From Diadema antillarum (taxonomy: Eukaryota): a stretch of 64,000 nucleotides of DNA. Shown here piece by piece: positions 12,036 to 25,641 of this stretch (its first letter is position 1; every line of letters begins with the position of its first letter). The DNA lies in NCBI RefSeq assembly GCF_040938485.1, contig NW_027271583.1, positions 310,001-374,000 on the forward strand. Reading direction: 5' to 3'. Both the position numbers and the translations under genes were made by a program. The notes under the pieces were generated by a model. The model saw only the letters and a program-made list of their open reading frames with translations, ran no database searches and was not told the DNA's origin.

Positions 12036-14627
12036 ATGGCATCGTCAACTGACGACAAAGCTCGCATCATGATCTGGAGCACGCCACGCTCGGTCTCGAC
12101 CGCGCTCGCGAGATCGATGTCGGCTCGAGGAGACACGGAAGTCTTCTGGGAGCCCTACCTGGCTTGCTACTACTGCGGACCAGAGAGGAAAGTAAATTGG
12201 GCGGAGAGTGTGCCTGGTATGCATCACAATATACCCTATATTAGAACCTTTGAAATTGAATAAAGCTCATCATCTTTGATTTGGACTTATTAGTGTTGAA
12301 TAAGAGAAATTGGCGTGACTAAACTCCGTCATGAAAGAAACCAAAGTACGGGGAAGTATAATTGTTTAGCACGATGCCAAGGAACCGCAGAATGCAATGC
12401 TTTACAGGGCCCCAGAAAGTCATGCTTTCTCATTCACAATACTTTCCCATGAGAAGCTTTACGTTTTTGTTTTTTGAAAAAGAAATTCTATTTTTCATAA
12501 TAAAATAGTTCATTGAAGCTGTTGCTGATTGCAAGAATATACATTTTTAATTGAATTCAGATAATGTGAACATTATGCTAGTCCCAAACGGATTGATCTT
12601 GGCCAGTGGATGAATGTTATCCGTCGATGTCAACTAATTCTTGTTAGAACTTGTTAAAAGTGTTCACTTGATGTCAACATGCTATTTTGAGTGCAGAGTA
12701 GGGTCTCTTCACACCACCTCCCTGTTCCTACACTTACCTGGCCAGCTACTCCTTTGGTCCGAACCAAAAGATACACTGATGGGGAGGTATTTATCATTCC
12801 CGGTAATTACCAGCACTTAAGCTCATTATTGTACTTGTAGCACACATTACATGGAAGCACATAGGAGTTACAGGACACTTGTAATTCACTGATATTAGGG
12901 TGTTTTTTTTTCTATTCGCACGTGATTGAAAAATCATGATAGAAATTATATTAGATAATGTTAGTTCTGTGTGACCAATCTGTCAGTTATAAGCGTAGGA
13001 AGCAAGAAACGCAGACCCTGAAAGTAGCTATATCTAGATATACACACGTCATTCCTCAATGCAAAAGAATGATATCAAAATCAAAATTATATTATGAAAT
13101 GATATCAAGATTAAAAATCAAAACTCGTACACCACAAACAATGGCTTATGCAACGCCTCCTCAAGCGCCGTTGAAATAGGTATCATAGGTTTATTAGCAG
13201 GCCTCTATAAGAAAGATGAATTATCTGTCAAAACTCTCATTATAATCAATCTCTGAGCCACCTGTGCAGCCCTATGTGATAAGTCTACCTTCCATCGTTC
13301 ACCAGAATAAGATCTACGGGTTTAAAAGTACAAGTAAACAGCCAGTTTAACTTATTTCTTTCATTACAATTTCTAATTTTCCAAAGGAACATCGAAGGAA
13401 AATGCAGCGCTTAAAAAAAACAACACCGTTTTGACAATACTAATAAAAAAGAGGTAAGGCCCAATTGAATTTCATTGATAATTTCGTACCTCTTAAACAA
13501 AAAGGGCAGAATTAAGATAAAATATATTTGCACTATTTGGAAAGGGCCATCGAAATCTAGAACATTTTTGTTTTGTCTGTGTGCTTGTTTTTATGTGCAA
13601 ATAGTCTCTTCATGTTTCTGGCATTGTATGGGTTTAAAAGGATAGTCTTTAGCTAACGACGGGCATAGGGTCACTAAGTGTCTAGCCTTTTGTCAAGGCC
13701 CTCTCGCTGTATGGTGAAGAGAGTCCAGCTGAGTGGGGTTGCGCTGTCGCGCTCGGCTGGGCTCGCTTCGCTCGCCCATTACAGCGAGAGGGCCTTGACA
13801 GAAGGCTACTAAGTGTCCAGCATGAGCTAAATAATGTCCTGCCTACGAGGACTGCACTCCGTTTTGTATCACCGTAAATAAACATCTTTTTCAAACACAT
13901 TTCGTTTTTATCGGGTGGCGGTATATCAGACAAATCTGAATTTGAATTGTCTGTATTTGTACATTTTCCGGTAGACCCACGTTATACAGGCATGCTGAAT
14001 GACAAGTATACGCATAGCTACATCGACAAGATTCTGAATGCTGATTACCCAAACTCTAAGGTACTCTTCGTCAAGGGGATGGTGGAAGGTATTCGTGGTA
14101 ATTTTGACGTCGTCGACGCCAAGTATAAACATTCCTTCCTAGTTCGCCATCCGGAGAAGATGTTTCGTTCCTCCGAACGGATGTTAACATCAATTCCCGG
14201 TGCGCCGGCAGATTTCATACACAACCTCAAGACCATCTACCACGACCTTGAAGACTTCTACAATCACGTCCAAACAAAATTCGGCCAACCCTCACCTCCC
14301 ATCATCGACGCGGATGATCTCGTCTCCCACCCAGAGACCATCCTACCGAAGTACTGCGAGGCGATGGGGATCGAGTTCACACCCGAAATGCTCGAGTGGG
14401 ACAGCGTAGACCCGAGCCAGCTCAACTGGCATTGTACAGACGTGGGGCCTATCTCAATTGAGGAGCTGAAGAATACAATGGTCTTCTCCAACGCCATGCA
14501 AAGCAAGAGTTTCGGGAAAGCCCCCGATCCCACGAAATCATCTAAGCCGTCGCAAATTGTTGCAGAATATGTCGAGTACGCTATGCCCGTCTATCAGAGA
14601 TTTTATGATCTCCGCATTAAACCATGA
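12036..14627 (+). CDS. Sulfotransferase-like gene copy 3, join(12036..12216,13990..14627), 272 aa (chimeric origin)
   Basis: ATG 12036, GT at 12217, CAG at 13987-13989, frame open across the junction to TGA. Confidence 0.87.
12733..12810 (+). pseudogene. Relic 3' half of a sulfotransferase first coding exon inside the intron of copy 3
   Basis: cttacctggccagctactcctttggtccgaaccaaaagatacactg...attcccggtaattacc resembles copy 4 ctaccttgcttgctactcctttggtccggaccaaacgatacactggggag...attccaggtaattacc. The downstream intron sequence also follows copy 4. Confidence 0.7.
13683..13808. mobile_element. 126-bp hairpin MITE with TAG...CTA ends and 9-bp TSD (CTAAGTGTC)
   Basis: ~33-bp TIR TAGCCTT(T/C)TGTCAAGGCCCTCTCGCTGTA. 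TSD at 13674-13682 and 13809-13817; empty site at ~23697 in copy 4. Confidence 0.8.
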
Positions 14628-15291
14628 TATCGTAGCTACTGATTTTTAACACGTAAATGCTCATGATTATCCCCCGAAAAGAAAACTTTACTGTTTTTAA
14701 TTCATGTTTATAACATACATGTATAAAATACGACACGATACGACGGAAATTATGAATTAGAAAAAGGAAATGGAAATTGAGAAAATAATGAAAACAGTTA
14801 ACGTGTTCTGTGAAACAGCTATTATTTCAAAGCATTCTTTATCTGTTAAATGTGCCTTGTAATCAGAGTAAAGAATTTTAACTATTAGTCTGTTTGTGAT
14901 TTTATTACAGCTAAGGAGTTATGTGAAACGGGTTATGTTACAAAGCATTCTATAGATATTTGTTGAATGTGTCTTGTAATATTAGAGTTTAAAAAAATTG
15001 GATTTTTTGGTATTCGAGACGATTATGTCACTGATGTGAGAATCAGATATTGATACCTGTAATTAATGAAGTCCTTTGTATTTTTGATAAATATGCAATT
15101 CAGTCGTTAAAAAAATGGTAGGTTAAACGGGCGTCTTTAGATATGTAATACAAATAGGAGTGATAAGAATGATTTTTATTTCTTTGGGAAATGTTGCTGT
15201 AAACAGAAATATAAAGTAGGCGGATGAATATTACGTCAGTGTTAGTGATCTGAGCTACAAATGTAGCATCTTAATGGGTGATCTATCACTT

Positions 15292-15684
15292 GGTATACTC
15301 CCACTTCGTTTAATATCCATTTAGTCTCACCCTATATGGTCTAATCCCATTTCGTCTACAACCAGTTCGTGAAATGACCATTTAGTCCAATTGCCACTTA
15401 TCCTCATTACCAGTTGGTCTACTTCCATATGGGCTATGCCCATTTCGTCTAATACCCACAGTTTATTAGACAAAATGTGAAAAATCCAAGGAGACAAAAT
15501 TGCAGTCAGACCATCTGGTCATTAGACGAAACGATAATTAGCCAAACTGGGCATTAGACGAAGTGAGAATTGGACCAAACGGACATTAGACGAAACTGAT
15601 AGTAGACCAAATGAGTTTAGCCGTAGTGGTATTAGACAAACTGGAAAGTAGACCATCTGATATTAGACCAAGTGGCAATGAACC
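15292..15684. mobile_element. Fold-back MITE built of ~20-bp cgtctaat/attagacg subrepeats
   Basis: Left-arm repeats (ccatttcgtcta…) mirror right-arm repeats (ttagacgaaa…); imperfect 22-bp terminal inverted repeat. No clear TSD. Confidence 0.6.
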
Positions 15685-18129
15685 TCTTAATGTACCCTTT
15701 ACTAAGTAGGCTTATCATGTTTGTGCTGGCTGTACGCATACCGCAGGAGATTTGTACACACCATGCATGGTAATAATGTACATGAAACGACATGGCACTC
15801 TGGCACTGTGTTGTGCAAGCATCTTTCACAGCAATGGACTGTGTTGGCCGTGTTCTATCAGTAACGATTTCATTCGGCGGAGTTTTCTATCTTGGACAAG
15901 GAAAATTGGTGAGATGTTCAGCTTTCCAATGCTGGTGTCCTCATGTTGTCCGAGAATGAAGGTCCATAATTCAAAAGAGCGGGCTGCTATCTGACTTGTG
16001 GGTTTCTTGATTTCCTGGTAACACCAATAAGTCCAGTGAACATTGTAAGCCTGCGTCCACTCATTTATTTCAGTCCTGGGGTCTGTCACTACATCATCAC
16101 AACCCCTTCCCCACTATTCACGACAATGACAGACAACTCAACATGCATGACATCTTATTACAGCAGGGTGAAAAGGGGAAAAAACTGTTAGTTCGTACGT
16201 CGCGTCACCGACGTGTGTTGACTATACCTTTGAATAATGAGAATACGCAATCCACACTAATATGCAAAATACATTATTTCGAAGCAGAAAAGGTCATCTC
16301 CAAATGGAATGACCAAGGTAAGTGATTAAGAAATTCATGAACCAAACAAGCAAGGCATCGTTAAGTTGGAAGATAAAGCAAAAAAAAAAAAAAAAATGAA
16401 TGAATAGAAACAGAAGAAAGAATAAAGACAATTAAGATCACAATACTGTATAGAAAGGCTGCCCCCTTTTGACTGCCCTCCAGTTGTAAAATCTTACTTT
16501 CCTTTTGTTTTTGCCAGCTAATGGTATAACAAGGGATTTTCTTTGTTTCAATAGTAGTGATCAGTTATGTCTGTTGGTAAAGGATGATAAACCACTATTT
16601 GCATTCTGCATAAATACGCGTTTCATTTGTTGTATGCGGTGCCATAAAAAATCAAGTTCTGGGAATGGATGCTTTTCATATCTTATTGAGATGAAACAAT
16701 GTGTATAAAATAGGAATTTTCTTAAATATGTATTTTGAAATAATAATGATAATAATAACAATAATACATTTATATAGCGCATTTTCCATAAACGTATAAA
16801 AGCACTTTACTATATATTGGATCATAAGTGAAACAAGTGAGTGTTTAGATGTCTCTTGAACTTGAAGATGATGAGAGATTGCTGGATGTGGAGAATTCAT
16901 TTTAAGCATTCGAACCTCACGCAAGAGGAAAGTCACAAGAATATTTCCGTAATGATTTTCTCATATTGTTGCAAGTGTCGGAGATTAAAGAAGAACAATT
17001 CCTACAATACTGCACAGATGGCGGATGGAAGTGACCTAGAAAGTATAATTTCATACTGATGACCGGGGGACAGGAATCATTGTTATACTTCTTATTTCAT
17101 GCCACCGTTACAGGAATACTAGTAATCATTCTGCACAAAGTCGTCATAAGTAACGGTAGTCTGCATGTCATTTGATATGCATGATAAAAGTGGTATGTGA
17201 ATCCCAAACAACGTCACTTCAAAACAGCTGAATACACACGAAGGAAATTTAACCCATAAAGATACTGGCTGTCTATATACCGCTGAGTTTTAACTGCCCT
17301 GCGCTTATTTTCGGGGTTAGTTCGGTGTTTGGGACCGTCAAATTAGTATATTTGTTTGTTTGTTTGTTTGTTTGTTGTTGTTGTTTCTTGCTTAGCGACA
17401 ATCTCGGGTTCTCTTTTCCCTCAGTCCCTTATTTCATCTTCCATTCTTCATCCTGTGTGAAACTGTTGATTCCGCTTAATGATGAACCAAATACATACAT
17501 GATAATGTATCCAGAATAAGACATCATTTTGTGCTGCCTCGTATTCCATTAAATCCCTTCTGGAAATGTCACGAAATTCTCCTTCTTATGTGCTTGCTCT
17601 CAATATCATTACTGCCTAAAATCTTTGAAACGTCTAATTTTCTATTTTCTAACTTTCTTGTTGCAGCTCCGCTTTTGGTGAAAAATAGCCTATACCCTTC
17701 ACATCGTCTTATCATATCTTATTAGTAAAATCCAATTTATCATAAATATAATATAAAAGTACGCATCATGTACTCTGGGATACATTTTGCTAGTTATCAT
17801 GTCACACATTCATTGGAAGAGTAAACTATGATGCGACGTCATGGCTGATGTTAGAATGAATATTATTATGAATACTGAGTAGGCCTACTGAATCAACACT
17901 GCTATCATCACTTTCCTCTTTTACCAGTTGTTTACGCTAATATTTCTTTTTCTGTTTTTCTGTTGTTGTTGTTGTTGTTGTTTTTTGGTATTGATAAAGA
18001 ATTTCGGAGGAGTGTTTGAAAAGATGTAGCACGTATATTCGTCGTGGCGTCTTCAGTACAGCACAAAGACGGTTGTGAGCATTCGTGGTGAGTCATACAT
18101 TAAATTTACCGTCTACCGTTGATCTCAGC

Positions 18130-18859
18130 AGGGAGGTGTTACAGAGATGGAGTGGCAACTCTTCGAAATTCATGCAAACACATGTCATGTTTGGGTTCAA
18201 GGCGTTACAATTGGATGTCTAGCATTCCACTACGCTTTGAAGTCATGCTCGGCACCGCTCTAGTTGTAAGACGAAGTTCAGAGACGAAGGGCGCATTTCA
18301 CCTTTCGTTGAATTACAAGCTTTATTTCAACCTAAAATTTTAAATGAAATACTCGAATTGATTTAGAACAGTTTAGGAAAGAGTTCAATATAATAAACAT
18401 GTATTTCTACTTTCTTCGTAATGCGCAAATCGAAATGAAATGAAAATTAGGCCCTCTTAAAAACCTAATATTTTTCTATAATGCGCACATTTCCGCATGT
18501 TAGTTTTCTATCATTACAAATCTGGTATATTTGATCTTTCAAATAAAGTACTCCTAGCATATTCCAGCGTGCTTTTAAACTATTTTTGCTGTTAAAACTG
18601 TCAGTTTTACACTGAATTCTGATTCGCTGCTCCAATTGAAGGTACACAAATTCCTTGATGCCATCACATTGAAAGAGAGAGCGAATTCCAGTAGGGGCAA
18701 GTATATGTAGATGTGAGAGCGCTCGTCCCGATTATTGATGCTCTCTTTTGTCAAAGCACATGGGTAACACCTGTAGTTGAACGCATAACTTCTCGGCGGT
18801 GCCGCGCATGACTTCAAAGGAGAACAGTAGTTTTCTCTCCTTCTCCGTAACACCTCCCT
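18130..18859. mobile_element. 730-bp non-autonomous TIR element, 9-bp TSD GATCTCAGC (MULE-like)
   Basis: AGGGAGGTGTTAC…GTAACACCTCCCT termini. TSD at 18121-18129 and 18860-18868; empty site ccgttgacctcagccagg near 57455. Confidence 0.8.
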
Positions 18860-19504
18860 GATCTCAGCCAGGGTCGCGTGCGTGCGTTCTGCATCTGCGC
18901 GCTCTTCACAGGCCGTGCAGCGCAGTCGGTATCGTCGTCAAATACGTCTGGGTATTATATAGCATTCGGCACAAACAGACGAAACGGTGTTGATATGATA
19001 TGATAATAATAGAATGATGGAAGCTGCACACAAAAATATAAGCACAATCACGTTTTTAGGAAAAAATCTAGCATCTGCCACCATTTTCTTCTAAAATCAT
19101 CGTTGACGCTTCATCAACTTCTCACAAAAAACCCCACACAAAACAAAACAGAAAGTCGTGTGATTTTTTTCATTTCATATGCTTTCGCGGACATTGAAAT
19201 GTTCGCTAGGTCATCACATCGCAACACTCCATCGTATAGTTTGTACACAGCTCAAGATATCAAAATTACCTTAGTCGATAATTTAGCATAAAATACATGT
19301 AGGTTTTGTGCATATATTATACCATGTGTGCATGTGTGTGTGAATTTCAGTCATGTCATTAGAGTGTTGGTGTATTATGCATGTGTTTTTGATTCACAGA
19401 GTGGTCGAAAAACACCCTCGGGCTGAACCCAGTATACCGTGACGAAATGAAATGCAAGGAAATGAAGGAAATAAGAGTACACGAGGTAGACCGGTCGCGA
19501 AAAT

Positions 19505-19886
19505 AATCAATGGACTTCGAACTACGAGACAGGCCTTGCTCTAGCTGTTCACACACGTGTAGTTTCCTTTGCTTTGTTATCTGGGTGCTCCACTGTCGTT
19601 GATCTGTGACCTTTACACAAAAATGAGCTCCAGATGAGAGGGCATTTCATTGTAACATTTTGCACTATATTTGCATTCAAGAGGTGGGCATATTAAAGTA
19701 TATGTGTGGTTGATTATTAAAGCGGTATAGCATACACCTGTTGCTTGGAAGGCCTATCATTTATAACACGAGTTCCTACAAAGGGGTGTGATTGTCTCGA
19801 CACTCCTGGTCGCCGCTGGTCACCACTGGTCACCACGCTATCAACAGTTGCTATTTAGTGGCTACTGAGCAGACAAACACACAGCG
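19505..19886 (+). promoter_or_regulatory. Putative promoter and non-coding first exon of copy 4 (donor GT at 19887)
   Basis: Same conserved block followed by a GTAAG donor; acceptor at 22560. Confidence 0.5.
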
Positions 19887-20283
19887 GTAAGTTCATGCTT
19901 TTTAATGATCTGCTCTTTTTCTTTTCTTGTTTTTCTTGACCCTTTCACACTGACTTAAAACGTGCCCTGTCATGTTTGAAAATTTCGCTCGCGGTTTCTG
20001 CGCTTGCGAAAAGCGAAAATGATATGCCCGTCGTGCTCTGTTTCGTGTAATCTGAAAAATGCTGATATTGGTAATTTTCGCCACAAATACTTATATCAAT
20101 AGAATTCAACGCATTTTTATTTCTCCAGTAAAAGGGAAAGCAATTAATTCAGAACAAATTATTACCTTTAACATACATCGAGTCAGTCGAACAAGTCTAA
20201 GGAATGTATCAATTCATTTTCCGTGAAAAAACAAACAAACTTTATTTTGTAACAATCTTTGCAATGCAATGTAATATATAAGG

Positions 20284-20285
<2 letters not shown>

Positions 20286-20358
<73 letters not shown>
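20286..20358. repeat. (TA)n microsatellite; others at ~35-100, 2295-2380, 36530-36573, 59872-59917, 60035-60073 and 60241-60278
   Basis: Directly visible. Confidence 0.9.
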
Positions 20359-20360
<2 letters not shown>

Positions 20361-20409
20361 TTGTTCTGCGTCTCGAAATAGTCTTCTCATGCAGCGATGG
20401 TAACTTTAA

Positions 20410-20776
20410 AGGTATTGTGTACCATTGGTAGCAGTGATTTTAAAAAAAATATTTGAGCTATCACATTTGATGCATAAGCGATGTGTATAGGTCAGTTGTA
20501 TCACAAAACATCCTACCATATAAACATTTTTCAAGGAAGCCTAAAATATAAGGAGATATCACTATTTTTCTTACTAAACCATAACTGTAGGCGGTTTAGT
20601 CGAGAAACAATAACTATTGTTCACATTTTTTATACAAATCTAACAATACTTAACATGGACTATAGTATTTAAACCTTTTACATTGATTATTTCCATCCCT
20701 AACTCACATTTTATAACTTTTTAGAAGCACTAAAGCTGAGTTTTTGTTTCATCTGCAAATGGTATACCCAACGCCT
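20410..20776. mobile_element. Kolobok-like MITE, TTAA TSD
   Basis: TTAA|AGGTATTGTGTACCATT ... AATGGTATACCCAACGCCT|TTAA. Confidence 0.6.
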
Positions 20777-21061
20777 TTAAATATTCATAACATTTTAACG
20801 GATTGTTCGATTTCCCTTAAAGAGTTGATTTTTTTTTTTTTGGGGGGGGGGGGGTGACATTCTCTTTATTACACATATATTAACATTATAATAAAGGCGC
20901 CATGTTCTGGGCCAGTACTCAAAGAATCAAGGTGTGTTTTGTAATACGTCTGTACAAAATACAGTTATCTGCATAAAGACGTATGATCGATGTTGTGATT
21001 AAGTAGTAATATGAATTACAAATGAAACATTAAAACAAACAAAATTGGTACAAACATGAGT

Positions 21062-21360
21062 AGTTCCCTTGGGGACACCAGATTTCACGTTGACCCAATC
21101 GGCGCATTCCCCATTTAGCACAACTCTCTTCAAGAAAATGCATAGTTCATTTTAAATTGGAGTTCACTATACCGCAAAGTTTCAATTTCGTTTCGAAAAA
21201 GACTAAATAGACCAAATCCATCTGAGAGCCAGAATCCATTTCACTAGTCAAATCATGAATAGCTTCTATCAATTGCGTCTCACGTGACCATTTTTTTTTT
21301 CGACAACCGTGCTGACTATCGCACAAAATTGCATTCATTGTGAAGTGATTAGCATGGTCG
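21062..21360 (-). mobile_element. Degenerate LINE (CR1/L2/Jockey-group) reverse transcriptase fragment
   Basis: Minus-strand translations NAILCDSQHGCRKK.WSRETQLIEAIHDL…MDLVYLVF and KRVVLNGECADWVNVKSGVPKGT match RT motifs QHGFR, D.SKAFD and SGVPQG. Confidence 0.75.
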
Positions 21361-22591
21361 ACTACATGCAATATTTTAAAACAGTTTACACACAACAATA
21401 GAGGCTATAATGAAGTTGAACGGTAATTACGTGGGCCGTTTTTCGAGCCCTTTTTAAATAAAGGACAAATTAATGTTCGCATTTTGCGCCATTCAACTGG
21501 CAGCTATAGCACCCGGCGAACAGAATTTTATAGAACAATTCATTAACACAAAGAGTTGCTAATTCTTCATCCCCTTCTTTCCCTTCATTCATTTTTTTTT
21601 TCTTTTGGCTGGCAGGTCATCTGACCTTTGGAATTTATTTACAAAAATTTTCTTTACTGATTAAGTGTAAATCGTGAACACTATTACAAACGATATTTTC
21701 CATGACTGGAACCCTATCAATGAATAATTCAGTCGAGAATATAGACGTAGCAATTATTGATTACAAACTCATATTGTGCATTCTAGGTGTATCAAATCGT
21801 CATCAATTACACGAGTTCCGTTAACTTCCAAAGATAAACTTGTCTTTGCTTCAGTCTTTTTTGAACTTATTTTCCAGAATCTTTTCGGATTTTGCGTTAT
21901 ATTTAATTTCTCTGTCAATCCATGGTGCACAAGGACCAACCATTACTTAACGTTTGGGTACATTTTCTCAGCTGCATCTATTAAATTCCCGTTCCATATT
22001 TTCCAGTTAGACTCAATGTTATCAGTTGTTTCTACATACATTTGTAATTGTAACAAATCCATTCTATATAAGAGACAAAATCGACCCTTGAACCAAGGTA
22101 AATCATCAGAGTATTTTCGTGTACTTTTTTGAGAGTTAAAGCGAAAGTTGGACTTTGCCAATTTAAAGGGCTGTTTTCACGGGGCACACGAACGATTTGC
22201 TAAGGAAGCAAATGTCACAAGTCCAACATTATTTTGTATCCCTTCATGTCATCACAGTAATGAAAGTAAAGCGAAGTTTTATGTAAAGATATATACGAAA
22301 TTACTTATAATTACTTATAATGCTCGACAATACCGGCGGCCCGATGGCCAATTGGGCAACTAAGTTTTGATATGCAGATGGATTACAATGTTTCTCTTTA
22401 TTTCTGCTGTATTACAATCCCAATGTGTGGTACACACGTTGGTTTTAAACATCACACAGATGAATTTGGCATATAAAGGTCCGTGTTAGGAGTGACAAAA
22501 CCAAAACATCTTTCATCTCTGTCCTGGGTTTTGTTGCCGTTGTTGTTGTTGTTTTCATAGGATCTGAATTCTATATTAACATTCGTCCGCC

Positions 22592-24544
22592 ATGGCTTCG
22601 TCTACTGACGACAAAGCTCGCATCATGATCTGGAGCACGCCACGCTCGATCTCGACAGCGTTCGCGAGATCGATGTCGGCTCGAGGAGACACCGAAGTCT
22701 TCTGGGAGCCCTACCTTGCTTGCTACTCCTTTGGTCCGGACCAAACGATACACTGGGGAGACAATATTCCAGGTAATTACCATTTATTTAAGTTCATTAT
22801 TATACCTGTCGCACACAAGACATACATGCACACAGGAGTTAAAGGACACGTGTATTAATTCACAGATTTCCGGGTTGTTGTTGTTTTTTTCATTCGCACG
22901 TGACTGACGAATCATGATAGAAATAGAATAGTGTTATAGTTCTGTGTCATCAATCTGCCAGTTATAATCGCATGAAGCAATAAATAAAGACCCTGAAAGT
23001 AGCCATATACAGCTACATGCATGAACTTTATTCCTCATAATAAAGAAATGGTTTTAAATTAATCTATTTCCCCCCCCCCCCAAAAAAAAAGAGGGTGAAG
23101 GAAGAAAAAACAAAGCTCGTGCATCGCAAATAATAGTTTATACCGCGCTTGCCTCAAGCGCCGTTGATAAGAACCGCTTCAAGGAAAACGGGTTATGGGC
23201 TTATTAGCAGCCTCTCCCATAAAGCCTGATGAATCAGGGTGTCTATCAGTCATAACTCTCATTATAACCAATCTATGCGCCACCACTAAGCCCCTCTACG
23301 TCCAACTTCCACTGTCCACGAAGATAAAATTAACTGTTTTAAAAGTGCAAACAGACCGCCATTTAAATTCATTTCTTTCAGTTCAATTTATAATTTTGTA
23401 ACCGATCATCAAAAGAAAAACAGCGCTTGTAGAAACATTATCATTTTGACAATACTAATAAAAAGGAGGTTAGACCTAATTGAATTTGTTTGATAATTTC
23501 GGAGCTCTTAAACAAAAATGGAAAAGTTAGCGTAATATGTATGGATGTGCACTACATGGAAAGGGCCATCCAAATGTAAAACTTTTTTTTTGTCTGTGTG
23601 TTTGCTTTTATGTGCACATACATGTGTCTTCATATCTCTGGGTTGTGAAGGTATAAAAGAACATTCTTTATAGCTAGCGACAGGTACTCCAGGTCACCCA
23701 GTGCCCAGTATAAGCAAGATTGTCTAGCATATAATTATGTTGACTGCACTTTGTTGTGTATCATCATAAGTGTCATTATCTCTGTTTCACATATTTCGAT
23801 TTGATCAGGTAGCGTTATATATAGTAGGCAAATCTAAATTTTTCACACAATACGTAAGAGTTTGAATTTCCTGTATTTGTACTTTTTTTTCTGGCATGTC
23901 ATACAGGTATGCTGAATGACAAGTATACGTATAGCTACATCGACAAGATTCTGAATGCTGATTACCCAAACTCTAAGGTACTCTTCGTCAAGGGGATGGT
24001 GGAAGGTATTCGTGGTAATTTCGACATCGTTGACGCCAAGTTCAAGCATTCATTTCTGGTGCGCCATCCCGAAAAAATGTTTCGTTCCCTCGAGCGAATG
24101 ATAACAGCGATTCCCGGTGCGAAGGTAGATTTCATACATGGTCTCAAAACCATCTACAACGACCTTGAAGACTTCTACAACCACGTCCAGACGAAATTCG
24201 GTCAACCCTCTCCTCCCATCATCGACGCGGATGATCTCGTCTCCCACCCAGAGACCATCCTACCGAAGTACTGCGAGGCGATGGGGATCGAGTTTACACC
24301 CAAAATGCTAGAGTGGGACAGCGTAGACCCGAGCCAACTCAACTGGCATTGTACAGACGTGGGCGCTATATCCAGCGATGCACTGAAGAATACAGTGATC
24401 CTGTCCAACGCCATGCAAAGCAAGGGTTTGGGGAAAGCCCCCGATCCCACGAAATCATCTACGCTGTCACCCATTGTTGCAGAATGCGCCGAGTATGCCA
24501 TGCCCGTCTATCAGAGATTTTATGATCTCCGCATTAAGCCATGA
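22592..24544 (+). CDS. Sulfotransferase-like gene copy 4, join(22592..22772,23907..24544), 272 aa
   Basis: ATG 22592, GT at 22773, CAG at 23904-23906, intact frame. Confidence 0.88.
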
Positions 24545-25134
24545 TACCATTGCTAGGGATTGTTAACACTGATATGGTAATGATTATCAAAAAGAAAAAT
24601 TATACATTTTTTTTAAATCAATGCTTTCAACATATAATAACAATGTATAAAATACGACACGATATGACAGAAAATGTAATTGATAACGGGAATTATCGCA
24701 ACGCTACATGCATGATATCTCATTACTACAGGGTGAAAGAGGAATGATACTGTCGGTTCGTACATTACGTCACCAATGTGTGTCGACTTTACTTGTGAAT
24801 ATACATGAGAATGCACATTCTACACTCATTTGCAAGGCATCGATTATTTAGAAGCAGAAAGGGTCATCTGAATTTAAAACTTTATCGTATGATATTATGT
24901 GTATAATATATGTGAAGCCATTATCCCCGTCGAGCATGTCCTTTTGATATTAAATGGCCTAGGCTCCATCTCTATTATTCTTACATTTTTTTAATTTGTC
25001 TTTTGAACAACAGGTACGTGATATCTTATTTTCACTTAAGAGTTAAAAACAACTGCTAGTAATCATTGTGTATTATTAAGAAAAATAATTTTGTTAATTC
25101 ATCAAATTATGATCATCAACCTATATCCATGTAA

Positions 25135-25641
25135 ATAACTGTTCAAATATTACTTAAACTTTGTTCAAATGGCTTTCTGTTATATTCTTGTATGAAAAAG
25201 GGAACGCAGGAATAATATCAAATCAATCGAAATCAAATTTGATGAGCAAGGCAATATGTAATTCACTGTTAAAATATTACTTGATAACTTTGTTCAGTTG
25301 GCTTTCTGTTATATTCTTGTATAAAAAAGGGAACGCAGGAATAACATCAAATCAATCGAAATCAAATTTGATGAGCAAGGTAATATGTAATTCACTGTTA
25401 AAATATTACTTGATAACTTTGTTCAGTTGGCTTTCTGTTATATTCTTGTATGAAAAAGGGAACGCAGAAATAATATCAAAATCAATTAAAGTCAAATTTG
25501 ACGAGCAAGGTAATATGTAATTCACTGTTAAAATATTACTTGATAACTTTGTTCAGTTGGATTTCTGTTATATTCTTGTATGAAAAAGGGAACGCAGAAA
25601 TAATATCAAAATCAATTAAAATCAAATTTGACGAGCAAGGT
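25135..25641. repeat. ~129-bp tandem repeat, ~4 copies
   Basis: aatattactt recurs at 25146, 25273, 25402 and 25532. Confidence 0.85.

Noticed and set aside
25161-25520. 119-aa repetitive ORF
   Set aside because: Artefact of a 129-bp (43-codon) tandem repeat.
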